From a virus (lineage: Duplodnaviria; Caudoviricetes), in IMG/VR virus record IMGVR_UViG_3300030708_002798: a stretch of 64,000 nucleotides of DNA. One strand, written 5' to 3'. The notes beneath the pieces were generated by a model. The model made no database searches, was not told the origin of the DNA, and was given only the letters and a program-made list of their open reading frames with translations. The position numbers were made by a program, and so were the translations under genes. Below, piece after piece: positions 26,445 through 36,124 of the stretch. Numbering within the stretch: the stretch's first letter is position 1; the number at the start of each line of letters is the position of its first letter.

Positions 26445-29400
26445 GCATAGAATCCAGCATCGATCTCTACATTTACGATATTCAACACATCAACGTCATC
26501 TTCTTCACCAGTATCAACAGTTCCTGCTTCAAAGATTGTTGTCAATCCAAGAGTGCTGTTAAGGTTGATCAATAAGTTACTTATTTCTAGTTCAGATGGT
26601 AGTCCGTTGACACGCAGTGTACGATCTCTTCCAATTTCACCATCACCAGTGTCAGAAACATCAGTTGCAATAGCAATTCTTCCTGCGGATTGATCGTAGA
26701 AGACACCTGCATACTTATGAGTATTGACACCGACATCATAACGTGCTAAAAGAATACCAACGTCACCAGTATTACCTGCTGCTACGTTTGGTGGAATGAG
26801 TGATCCTTTAACCAGAGGATCCTCAATGTTACCCATTGTGATTAGGTTATCTCTAATATCCAAATCATGGACGTTTAGAGATCCACTAATACCATTTGCA
26901 AATAGACTGTTACATGTTAGATCACTAGTGATTCCAACATCACCAGTACCTTCAGACATCTTAATTGCGATGATACCGTCACCAGCACGCATAGTGCCAG
27001 TTCCAACTTGAATATCACCTGCAAATTCTGTATTACTGTCAGAATCTAAGGTAATGTTATCTTGTCCATCACTTGAACGAATGATATTACCATCTACTTG
27101 AATTGCACCAACAAATCTAGTAAAGTTGACATCATTCATGAAGATGTTAGTCGCACCAGTACCTGCTCTGATGTGATCTGTCTCAACTCTTAGAGCACCA
27201 GTAATACTTGTCTGCTCTTGATTATCTGACAAAGTAATAGCAACCTGTCCATCGGAAGACTGGATGTTATTACCTTTGGTCATTATGTCACCATAAAAAA
27301 TGGTCTTTGTATCATCGACCATTTCGATGTTGGTAATACCAAATCCAGTTAGAAGTTTCTTACCACCAACAATGAGTTCATTAGTTGTTTGTACATATGT
27401 TGATCCAGTACCAACTTCGATTGCAATTACATCATCATCTGAGGTGATTTGATTGTCTCTCAGACGTAAGATACCAGTTTCTGTAATTGTGTTTCTAAAT
27501 GTGATAACACCGACAGATTGACCACCAACAATAATATCTGTACCTTTTGTGAATAGGTCACATTGTTGTGATTGGTCTGCAATGTTGATTACATTAGAAT
27601 CTACCTGAATGTAAGTACCACCAATCTGAACATAACCAACAAACTCAGTTTTAATATCTTCATGTAGAGTTATGTTGGTTGAACCTGTAGATGCTTGAAT
27701 AAAGTCTTCAGACAGTTGTAGTCTCTTAACTTCAGTAACATTACTGCGTATGGTTGTCATACCAGTAGTGTTATCTTGACCAATATCAATAAACTCTGCA
27801 GAACTTGCAACGTTTAGATACCTGACACCATAGTTTACAAGGTCAAATCTGAGATCTGGATCATCCTCAGCAGCATTGATTGCAGTACCAAGAACATTCA
27901 GATTGTTGTGAACATATAGACTCGTGCTAAATGTGTCCAGATAGAAACCTGGGTTCACAAACATCTGTGCTCCGACAGTATTTTGAGTTATACTATCATT
28001 TGCCATTGCTGGATAGTAGAACTCAGGATCTATACTGTTAGTTTGATCCTGTCTTGTTACATCTACATTTTGTGCTCTTCTTGCTGTCGTAATATATGCT
28101 TCACTGATAACATCTTCCTCACCAATTACGATGAGTTGACCTCTAATAGTTGTAATACCAACAAAATTATTGCTTAATGCCTCAACATTAGATAAAATTG
28201 ATTTTCCTGGTTGGACAGTAAAATATACCTCTTCAGTATCTGTTCCACCACCAGCACCACCAACATCTAGATAACCAATGGTTGCTCCTAGACCAACGTC
28301 TAGGTTTATCATATTTACCTGACTATCAGTTCCAGTTGGACCAAAGTCAGCACTTCTAGCAAATATTGTAGCCCAACGTGAGTTCTCAGTACCAATTCCA
28401 TTTTCAACACCATCATTTTGTGGAATTAGTTGATCAATACGAGCATTACTTAATTGTAACTGCAATCCATTACCTTCACTGTCTCCCATAGAGACTTCTG
28501 TTCCAGTAAAATCTACATCTCCAAAGAATCTAGAAGTAACTCTCTGAGTCTTATGATCTAAATCTCTTAATTCTCCAGAACCAGGATCTAATTGTCCACC
28601 AACATAGATTGCTTCACCAACAGATAGTGCATATCCAACTCTTCCATATGCTTTTGCTTCGATACCACCATCAGTAAAGATAGCTGCTGCATATCCAGTG
28701 CTACCAATACCTACTGCTTCATCTGCTTCATTTTCTGCCTCAAGAACTTGTAACTGAACATTACCTGCGTTACCAGATCTTGATACAATTAAATTGCCAT
28801 AAATGTCCATCTCTTCTGTGAAGAGTGAACGTGTTGACACGACAAAATGTGGTGAAATTTGAGATTCTGGTTCACCAAAACCAGAGAAATGTGCTCTACC
28901 AACTGATACTAAAGCAATTTCATTAGTGCCACCTAATGTTCCAACACCTGCCCTTGTTGATTTTGGATTAGCATCAATAACTAATGCACCCTGAATAATA
29001 TCAGTAGTATCATCAAAGTATGATGTAGTTATACCACCAATACCATAGTTTTTAGGACGATAAGTGCCAATACCACCACGCAGAGATTGCATGGCATCAG
29101 CAGCAAACTCAACACTTACTGCTTCCATACCAGCATAGATCCTACCCATGCCAGTATCACGGGCAAGTGTTGTAACACCCGTGACAACTAGATCTCTTGT
29201 AGTTGTTAATCCACCAATATTTACTGGACCAGGGAATGTAGCACCAGTACCAGAGACTGAACCAGAAGAACCACCATCAACGTTCAAATCTCCATCAATT
29301 TGAACATCATCTAAGAAGAATGACTTATTATATACAATTAACGGGTCTTCAGCACCCCTAGTTTGTGCTTCTGATAGATAACCACTTACATCACTACCAA

Positions 29401-29515
29401 TGCCAACACCACCAGTCTCAAACACCATGGATGTTTGGAGACCAATATTTTGATTAGCATCCTTAATATCAATAAAAGACGCAAATTGAGATAGTTCTCT
29501 GCTATTCCTTGTCAT
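26441..29515 (-). CDS. Virion structural / tail-fibre-like protein with internal repeats
   Basis: Gly/Thr/Val-rich; repeated units of the type (N)IQSSDG..(A/N)ITL.....T.F.G.IQV; C-terminal IDAGFY. Confidence 0.65.
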   Translation of the reverse strand: MTRNSRELSQFASFIDIKDANQNIGLQTSMVFETGGVGIGSDVSGYLSEAQTRGAEDPLIVYNKSFFLDDVQIDGDLNVDGGSSGSVSGTGATFPGPVNIGGLTTTRDLVVTGVTTLARDTGMGRIYAGMEAVSVEFAADAMQSLRGGIGTYRPKNYGIGGITTSYFDDTTDIIQGALVIDANPKSTRAGVGTLGGTNEIALVSVGRAHFSGFGEPESQISPHFVVSTRSLFTEEMDIYGNLIVSRSGNAGNVQLQVLEAENEADEAVGIGSTGYAAAIFTDGGIEAKAYGRVGYALSVGEAIYVGGQLDPGSGELRDLDHKTQRVTSRFFGDVDFTGTEVSMGDSEGNGLQLQLSNARIDQLIPQNDGVENGIGTENSRWATIFARSADFGPTGTDSQVNMINLDVGLGATIGYLDVGGAGGGTDTEEVYFTVQPGKSILSNVEALSNNFVGITTIRGQLIVIGEEDVISEAYITTARRAQNVDVTRQDQTNSIDPEFYYPAMANDSITQNTVGAQMFVNPGFYLDTFSTSLYVHNNLNVLGTAINAAEDDPDLRFDLVNYGVRYLNVASSAEFIDIGQDNTTGMTTIRSNVTEVKRLQLSEDFIQASTGSTNITLHEDIKTEFVGYVQIGGTYIQVDSNVINIADQSQQCDLFTKGTDIIVGGQSVGVITFRNTITETGILRLRDNQITSDDDVIAIEVGTGSTYVQTTNELIVGGKKLLTGFGITNIEMVDDTKTIFYGDIMTKGNNIQSSDGQVAITLSDNQEQTSITGALRVETDHIRAGTGATNIFMNDVNFTRFVGAIQVDGNIIRSSDGQDNITLDSDSNTEFAGDIQVGTGTMRAGDGIIAIKMSEGTGDVGITSDLTCNSLFANGISGSLNVHDLDIRDNLITMGNIEDPLVKGSLIPPNVAAGNTGDVGILLARYDVGVNTHKYAGVFYDQSAGRIAIATDVSDTGDGEIGRDRTLRVNGLPSELEISNLLINLNSTLGLTTIFEAGTVDTGEEDDVDVLNIVNVEIDAGFYA

Positions 29516-29577
29516 CTATTATTCCCTAGCTAGGTGGATCTCTTAAGAGTATTTAGTTTCTCACAATCTCCTATTTA

Positions 29578-29793
29578 TTACCTAGGATACATTTGACCAG
29601 TCTGTGGTCTTCCTGGTGCGTTCCAACCTCGTTCAAGTGTAGTTAATCCAGATATACTGAAATCTTCAGATTCTAACTCCGAATCTGCAAAGATAGTATT
29701 GATTGTTCTATCTTCAGTACTAGCAACTTGAAAACCAGTAGAAAGACCAGAAGATACGACTGTTGTTAAATCAGAAAAAGCGTAATCTGCCAT
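29578..29793 (-). CDS. Small partner protein, cassette copy 2
   Basis: MADYAFSDLT...GRPQTGQMYPR; paralogue of 31504..31746. Confidence 0.7.
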   Translation of the reverse strand: MADYAFSDLTTVVSSGLSTGFQVASTEDRTINTIFADSELESEDFSISGLTTLERGWNAPGRPQTGQMYPR

Positions 29794-31487
29794 CAGACTC
29801 TCCTTGCACAGAATAGAATTCCAGCAGTTTCTCCGAATTGATTATATGAACCATGAATTACTTCATATACTTCAGATCCACTGATTGTAATTGTATCTCC
29901 CTGCTGAATATTTGTTTCAGAAGCTGAATACTTGAAGTCAATCATTACAAAATCATCAGGCATATAATATGGACATGGAATCATTTTAGAACAAACTGGA
30001 ATTCCTTTGATAACAGCATTGTATGCAACATCAGAAGATAATTCTGTACCACTATAAGATTGTGATTTATGACCACCAGATCTTCTTACAAATATTCTGT
30101 TTGCACTATCATTAGGTTGAATTTTGTTATAACCACCATCAAGTTGAGATGAGAAATCACTAGCTGCACTGGAAAACTCAGAACCAGTTGATTCATAACT
30201 ATCTACAATATGAACATTATCATTACCACTAACAGTTGTACTGAGATATTTTTGTGCATAACCAGCATGTGCTGTTCTCCAGCAGTTAGCATCTTGAATT
30301 GTATAATAAGATTGAGAATAACTATGCTCCCAGTTAGTCATTCCTCCTATGAATGTTTCAAAATTGAGTCTAGGAACTGATGCTCCAGTAGCATTACTAC
30401 ATTCTCTTCCTTTAATTAAGGTAAGACCACTTTGGAATACGTGATCATAATCCCACAATGAAGATGTATAATTATGCATAAAGAATGTCAGGAATGTATT
30501 ATCATCAATTCCCGTTCCAGATAGTGTTGGTTGAGTGAAAGAAAATACTGCAAATTTAGGATCAATAGATGATTGATACACTCTCAACTTTAGTTCATGA
30601 GTTGTTGGTGAATTTGCTGTTGCAAATCTAATTATAGATCCAGTATCATTAGAACCATCTGCAGCACCTGTCTGATTATTTGCAAGCGAACCTTGTGTTC
30701 CAGAACCAGCTTGTGCTTCAGCATTTTTCAGTCCATAATGTGCAAAATATTGTGAAGTTAATGGGTTATACTGATCGCTATTATAACCTGCAAGATCTAA
30801 ACCTCTTTGACCACAATATCTGTAACCATATCCCATAGCACCATCACTGGTGTCTCTATATGTTGAACTTCCACCATCTGCTGCTTCATCATTGTATAGG
30901 GGTGAATAAGGGTGGAAGTCACTGCCAACATTAAATGTAAGTTGATAATCAGACCAAACTTGAAATGCGCGGAAAGAATTTCCAAATTTCTTATTTGCTT
31001 CTATTTCGTGTCTTAATACACCAAATGGATAGTCAGTTCCTACACCGACATTCTTCACGAAGAATGTTGAGGTTGTTCCGTATGAAACTGTAGATACACC
31101 ACCGTGTACACTTACAGTCACACCAATAGCAACAGCACCATTTGCAGAACCACCAATATCTTCGGCACTAAGAGTTACATATTCACCTTCAGTATATCCA
31201 TAACCAGGACGATTAACATGAAAATCGTTAACATTACCATTAGTATCTCTCGTGACCCAGAAACTTAATCCAGTTCCAATTCCAGTTGTTGTTGAGGTAA
31301 ATACATCTTCATAAGTAGCAGAACCTGAAGTAGAACCACCACCGTCTCTTTCTTTTGCAAAAGTTACGATACCAGTTCTTGTAGCACCATGGAATTCTGC
31401 AATATCAAAAGCTTCTTCTAGTGCAAGAATGACATCAGATCTTGCCCATCCTACGGATTTTGTAATTGTGCTGATGGATACTGCCAT
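29793..31487 (-). CDS. Virion structural protein, cassette copy 2
   Basis: Shares NRPGYGYT.GE.VTLSAEDIGGS.NGA and C-terminal IKGIPV...PCPYY.PDDFV...GI.FCAR with 31746..33704. Confidence 0.7.
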   Translation of the reverse strand: MAVSISTITKSVGWARSDVILALEEAFDIAEFHGATRTGIVTFAKERDGGGSTSGSATYEDVFTSTTTGIGTGLSFWVTRDTNGNVNDFHVNRPGYGYTEGEYVTLSAEDIGGSANGAVAIGVTVSVHGGVSTVSYGTTSTFFVKNVGVGTDYPFGVLRHEIEANKKFGNSFRAFQVWSDYQLTFNVGSDFHPYSPLYNDEAADGGSSTYRDTSDGAMGYGYRYCGQRGLDLAGYNSDQYNPLTSQYFAHYGLKNAEAQAGSGTQGSLANNQTGAADGSNDTGSIIRFATANSPTTHELKLRVYQSSIDPKFAVFSFTQPTLSGTGIDDNTFLTFFMHNYTSSLWDYDHVFQSGLTLIKGRECSNATGASVPRLNFETFIGGMTNWEHSYSQSYYTIQDANCWRTAHAGYAQKYLSTTVSGNDNVHIVDSYESTGSEFSSAASDFSSQLDGGYNKIQPNDSANRIFVRRSGGHKSQSYSGTELSSDVAYNAVIKGIPVCSKMIPCPYYMPDDFVMIDFKYSASETNIQQGDTITISGSEVYEVIHGSYNQFGETAGILFCARRV

Positions 31488-31503
31488 TGGTTTTTATTTT
31501 TAG

Positions 31504-31746
31504 TTATTTATTAAATCTGGGATATAGTTGACCATTTGGTGGTCTATCCTGACTGCTATTAAAGACATTTCTGGTAGTAGAATGGTGGGAAAGGTGAAAT
31601 GCTCCTAAAGGAACCCCACCATTAGATACAGTCATATAAAAATCACTATTTCCTGATCTGATGTTATTGCCAGTGGTGAATCTGGCAGTATCATCAGAGT
31701 ACATGTCAGTTGCTGCAGTTAAATGAGAAAATGAGTAATCTGCCAT
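31504..31746 (-). CDS. Small partner protein, cassette copy 1
   Basis: MADYSFSHLT...DRPPNGQLYPR. Confidence 0.7.
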   Translation of the reverse strand: MADYSFSHLTAATDMYSDDTARFTTGNNIRSGNSDFYMTVSNGGVPLGAFHLSHHSTTRNVFNSSQDRPPNGQLYPRFNK

Positions 31747-33704
31747 TAGGTTGTCCTCGCACAGAATGCAATACCTGTTGTACCTGAACTTTGATAATAT
31801 GATGCAGTAATAATAGTATAAATTTCACTACCACTAATAGTAATCGTATCACCCTGATCAATGAATTGATTAGATCCTGAATAGAAGAAATCAATTAGTA
31901 CAAAATCATCTGGTAGATAATAAGGACAGGGTACTAGATTAGCATTAACAGGAATACCTTTGATAACTGGATTATAATCTATACCCACTACAGATTTATT
32001 ATTAGATTCATAAGAACCATTCTTTCTGGTCAATCCAGAAGCTGTTGATCTAAAATAAACATGAACATCATCTGAAGTAGAGTAAGAAGAAGATGATCTA
32101 CCAGGAACAATATGAGAATAATAACGACATGCTACGTAATTTGAACTTTCATTTTGATTATCAACAAAGTGATAACCATATTCACCAGATCGTTTTGATG
32201 CGTCCTCTCCACTTAATCGTCTATTTCCACCACCATACATTCTGAATTCGAGATATGGGTTAGCACTTTCATGACCACCTCTAACAATTTCGGTGAGACC
32301 AGAAGTAAAGCATTCATCTAAATCCCAAACATTTTGAGAGAAGTTATGGTAGAACCATACATCATAATTTCTGTCACTAATCTCTGTTGCAGATTTATAT
32401 GGTGCTTTATATGCAAAAACTGCAAAATCAGTATCTTCACCAGATCTATAAACATTTAGATCAAGTTGAGTAGTAGTCTGTCCACCATTAGCGGCAAAGA
32501 ACTGTTGACTATATGTATTATCTGATAAGGTAGTAGTAAATCTATTTTGAGTGTATTGAATACTACCATACATATCCAATCCAAAAGCACCAGCACCTCT
32601 CTTTGGATAACCCATACTTCCACTATGTTCACTTCCACCCCATCGATCTGATGGATTAAATCCACTATAAGCCCAATGAGTCATAAGACTATTGGAATTA
32701 TTCATACCTAGAATTCTATAAGTTGCACCAAACTTTTTATTTTCATCAAAACTTTGTCTCCACATTGCCCATGGATATGATGTATTAGTATAATCAACAA
32801 GATAATAACTATTTGTTGTACCAACACCAACACTAGAAATACCTGAAGTTGCTGCAGTTACGAGAACATCACCTTCTGGATAAGTTTCTTGTCTAAAGTC
32901 ACTATTATCTTCTCTAATATAATATTTTCCTGCTTGACCAGAAATTGGAGTAAATTGAGAATTTGTATTTTCTGGATCATTAGCATTGTTGAAAAATGTT
33001 CTATTTGGAACTCTATTTTTATTGGTATATTCATACAAAAGTGATGAGTCCGAATAATAATTTGGTGTATTTTGCCAACATAGTGCAAAGTTAAACGAAC
33101 CAGTATTATTATCAAACTTTAAAGTATCACCTTCTTGAATTGTTACGAATGTATCTGTGCAAGAACCAGAAACATAACCAGTTCTATCCCAACATTCGAC
33201 TAGAAGTTCTGGTGAAGACCATGTGTAAGTTGCAATATACGAATTTCCACCAGTAACGTCAGCATCAATGATGACTGGAATTGTCATATCAGTGGCACCA
33301 TTTGACGATCCACCAATATCTTCAGCAGAAAGAGTTACAACTTCTCCTCCAGTGTAACCATAACCAGGACGATTTGCATAAATTTCTGAAATTACTGTTG
33401 CACCACTATTTCCAACTTTCCAATATCTTTCAACACGGAAAGATGCTCCAGTTCCAATACCAGTTGTCGATACTGGGAATACATCATCATATATTTCTTC
33501 ATTAGTAATACCACTTGTTTCACCATTAACTCCAGTTCCACCACCAAAGTAAGTTTGAAGACCAATTACTTTACCAGTTTCTGAAGATCCATTCCCAGCA
33601 ATACTATGCCAACCTAACCATTCTAGAGCCTCACCCATCTGCTCTAGAACATTTACTCTTGTCCAAGTTCCTGCGATAGAAACTGTAGTTGTAGTAATTG
33701 CCAT
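31746..33704 (-). CDS. Virion structural protein, cassette copy 1
   Basis: Paralogue of 29793..31487 with a divergent, longer middle. Confidence 0.7.
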   Translation of the reverse strand: MAITTTTVSIAGTWTRVNVLEQMGEALEWLGWHSIAGNGSSETGKVIGLQTYFGGGTGVNGETSGITNEEIYDDVFPVSTTGIGTGASFRVERYWKVGNSGATVISEIYANRPGYGYTGGEVVTLSAEDIGGSSNGATDMTIPVIIDADVTGGNSYIATYTWSSPELLVECWDRTGYVSGSCTDTFVTIQEGDTLKFDNNTGSFNFALCWQNTPNYYSDSSLLYEYTNKNRVPNRTFFNNANDPENTNSQFTPISGQAGKYYIREDNSDFRQETYPEGDVLVTAATSGISSVGVGTTNSYYLVDYTNTSYPWAMWRQSFDENKKFGATYRILGMNNSNSLMTHWAYSGFNPSDRWGGSEHSGSMGYPKRGAGAFGLDMYGSIQYTQNRFTTTLSDNTYSQQFFAANGGQTTTQLDLNVYRSGEDTDFAVFAYKAPYKSATEISDRNYDVWFYHNFSQNVWDLDECFTSGLTEIVRGGHESANPYLEFRMYGGGNRRLSGEDASKRSGEYGYHFVDNQNESSNYVACRYYSHIVPGRSSSSYSTSDDVHVYFRSTASGLTRKNGSYESNNKSVVGIDYNPVIKGIPVNANLVPCPYYLPDDFVLIDFFYSGSNQFIDQGDTITISGSEIYTIITASYYQSSGTTGIAFCARTT

Positions 33705-33707
33705 TTA

Positions 33708-36107
33708 TTATGCCTCCAGTTGAAGAATGGTTAGGTTTGCTTCGATTGCTTGTGTTGATCCTGATAGATTAGTGATTGCCATATAGATTGTGGTATCAAC
33801 TGGATCGTCCATATTTCCACCCATTGTGAATGGTGAAATATTCTGTTGGGTTGAAATTCCTGTAGTTACAACTTCAGCAATAACACCACTTCCTGCTGCT
33901 GGATCTTCTCCAACACTTCTGCTTGCGTCAGCAGATCTTGATGCACTATCAGTATATATTCTCAACCAACCTGCGGTGGATAGACCAACTTTCATTAGTG
34001 CATAAGACTTAAATCCAGTAATGTCTGTATTTCCAATACCATTATTTGCAATAGATGTTGTAGTTCCAGAAACTCTTGTTCTTGTCTGTAGTGAACCACC
34101 AGATGCATTAATTGTTGCAATACCTGCATTTGAATCGTACTGAACGTCTAATCCAGTACCGAAATTAACAGTCTTTGCAGTACCAATGTTTGAATCATCA
34201 TCCTCAACAACAACACCTTCACCACTTGCATTAACATTAAGTAGTGCAGAACCATCAATAGCAGGTAGTGCTCCTGACAATTCTGAAGATTGTAGGTTAG
34301 TTAAACCAGCAGCAGAACCACCGAAGGATGCCGCAGTAACTCTTCCTGTTGATGGATTGTACTTGAATGAACCCGAATCAACCTGCATTACATGGCTTGC
34401 ATTAGCACCACCAGTACCATCGAGGAATACTACATCATAATCTTGGTTATCATCTTCAGACTCATCAACATATACAGATGCCGCAGCAACGTCTCTTAAG
34501 TTAGAACCGTCACCGTAGAATTCAGTTGCACTGACAATACCACTGGTTGCATTAAATGTAACAGCAGTACCGATCTTAGTTAGACCATCGATTGTTACAG
34601 CACCACCGATATCTAGAACATCAAATACTGATGTGCCAGTTGTGTTGATACCAGGAATATCTGCTGCATCTGCTGTAATTGTAACGACACCAGCAGAAAC
34701 AGCAGAAACACTTAATCTGGAACCAAAGTTAATTGTTGCTGCAGCACCAATAGCACTGTCATCATCCTTAACTTCAACACCAGAACCAACAGCAGATACA
34801 CCAGTTAGTGCAGAACCATCAAGTGCAGGTAATGCTCCTGTTAATTGACTGGAAAGAAGTGTTCCATAGAATGATGTTGCAGATACAACACCAGAAACTG
34901 TCAGCATTTCAGTTAGAACTGTGGTATTAATACCAACCTTTCCATCATCAGCAATATATTGTCTGATGTTTCCTTCATTATCTGAAATGACAACTCTATT
35001 TGATGCAGTTCTAATATCTAAATCATCAGTATTACCATCATAACCACCAATTACAACATTATATTGACCACTTGTAATTCGTTGTCCTGCTTTAATACCA
35101 AGACCAATGTTATATGAACCACCAGTTACACTATTAAGTGCTAATTCACCAATACCAATGTTTCTACCACTACCACTAGAGAGTGAACCTAGAACCTGAT
35201 CACCGATTGCTATGTTTCTATTACTACCAGATCCAGCAGCAAGGTTACCAAATCTTAGGTTAGCTGATGCAGGTGCTTGAATTCTACCGTCAGCAATAGT
35301 TGCAATACCAGTAATATTCAGAGTTGCTGCATCACATCTTCCACCACCTGTTAGGTTGATGGCATCTGTCATACTACCAGAAAAACTGGATGCAGTAACA
35401 ATACCGTTTGGAGCATAAATGCCCTCTTCGTTGATTAATGTATTATCAGATTCTGCCGCATTTGCACCAATAAGTGCTGTAGCTGCATTGATCTGACCAT
35501 CTGAAGAGACATTAAAATCTCCAGTAACAGTTACACCTGTACTGATAGTTTCAAGTTTTTTACTATCATTATAATAAAGTTCTAGAGCTCCCGCAGAAGT
35601 AGCTAAAAGTCTCTTTGATCCATTCTTATCAATTTTAACATTATCACCACGAAGGAACAATGTTTTACCAGAAGTCTGTTGGACAATTCCAACATCACCA
35701 GAAGTTTCGTATATTGCTAAATCGTTATCGTCACCAATATTTAAAGTAGTAGCATCACCAATATTTACGGTACTTCCGAATGTAGAAACACCAGATACAT
35801 TTAATGAGTTGGTATTTACATTCGTAGTACCTCCACCACCGATAGCATTGCCATCAGCTTGTACAAATGAAGTAGCACGGATTGTTCCATCAACATCAAT
35901 TGCTTGTTGTGGAAGAGTGCTACCAATACCTACAGAATAACCACTGCCAACAAGAACATTTGATTGAACTTTACCTCCAATCGTAACATCTGTACTAATC
36001 GCAACAGTGTTTGCGTCTAGATTAAGATTAGTGGGACTACTTAGTTTGGGGGTGCCAGATGAACCAATTAGTTCTATCTTCTTTACACCAAAATCCTTAT
36101 TGGCCAT
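33708..36107 (-). CDS. Tail fibre protein
   Basis: VGIGST/VGINT repeats, ELYYND.KKLET module, YadA-head-like NIAIG/NIGIG repeats, duplicated GALPA.DGSAL..V unit. Confidence 0.75.
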   Translation of the reverse strand: MANKDFGVKKIELIGSSGTPKLSSPTNLNLDANTVAISTDVTIGGKVQSNVLVGSGYSVGIGSTLPQQAIDVDGTIRATSFVQADGNAIGGGGTTNVNTNSLNVSGVSTFGSTVNIGDATTLNIGDDNDLAIYETSGDVGIVQQTSGKTLFLRGDNVKIDKNGSKRLLATSAGALELYYNDSKKLETISTGVTVTGDFNVSSDGQINAATALIGANAAESDNTLINEEGIYAPNGIVTASSFSGSMTDAINLTGGGRCDAATLNITGIATIADGRIQAPASANLRFGNLAAGSGSNRNIAIGDQVLGSLSSGSGRNIGIGELALNSVTGGSYNIGLGIKAGQRITSGQYNVVIGGYDGNTDDLDIRTASNRVVISDNEGNIRQYIADDGKVGINTTVLTEMLTVSGVVSATSFYGTLLSSQLTGALPALDGSALTGVSAVGSGVEVKDDDSAIGAAATINFGSRLSVSAVSAGVVTITADAADIPGINTTGTSVFDVLDIGGAVTIDGLTKIGTAVTFNATSGIVSATEFYGDGSNLRDVAAASVYVDESEDDNQDYDVVFLDGTGGANASHVMQVDSGSFKYNPSTGRVTAASFGGSAAGLTNLQSSELSGALPAIDGSALLNVNASGEGVVVEDDDSNIGTAKTVNFGTGLDVQYDSNAGIATINASGGSLQTRTRVSGTTTSIANNGIGNTDITGFKSYALMKVGLSTAGWLRIYTDSASRSADASRSVGEDPAAGSGVIAEVVTTGISTQQNISPFTMGGNMDDPVDTTIYMAITNLSGSTQAIEANLTILQLEA

Positions 36108-36124
36108 AAGTCTTTTCTAGTTAT

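Noticed and set aside
29578-33704. Duplicated cassette as a diversity-generating retroelement template/variable repeat pair
   Set aside because: Both copies are full coding genes whose differences are not confined to adenines, and no reverse transcriptase is present in the window.
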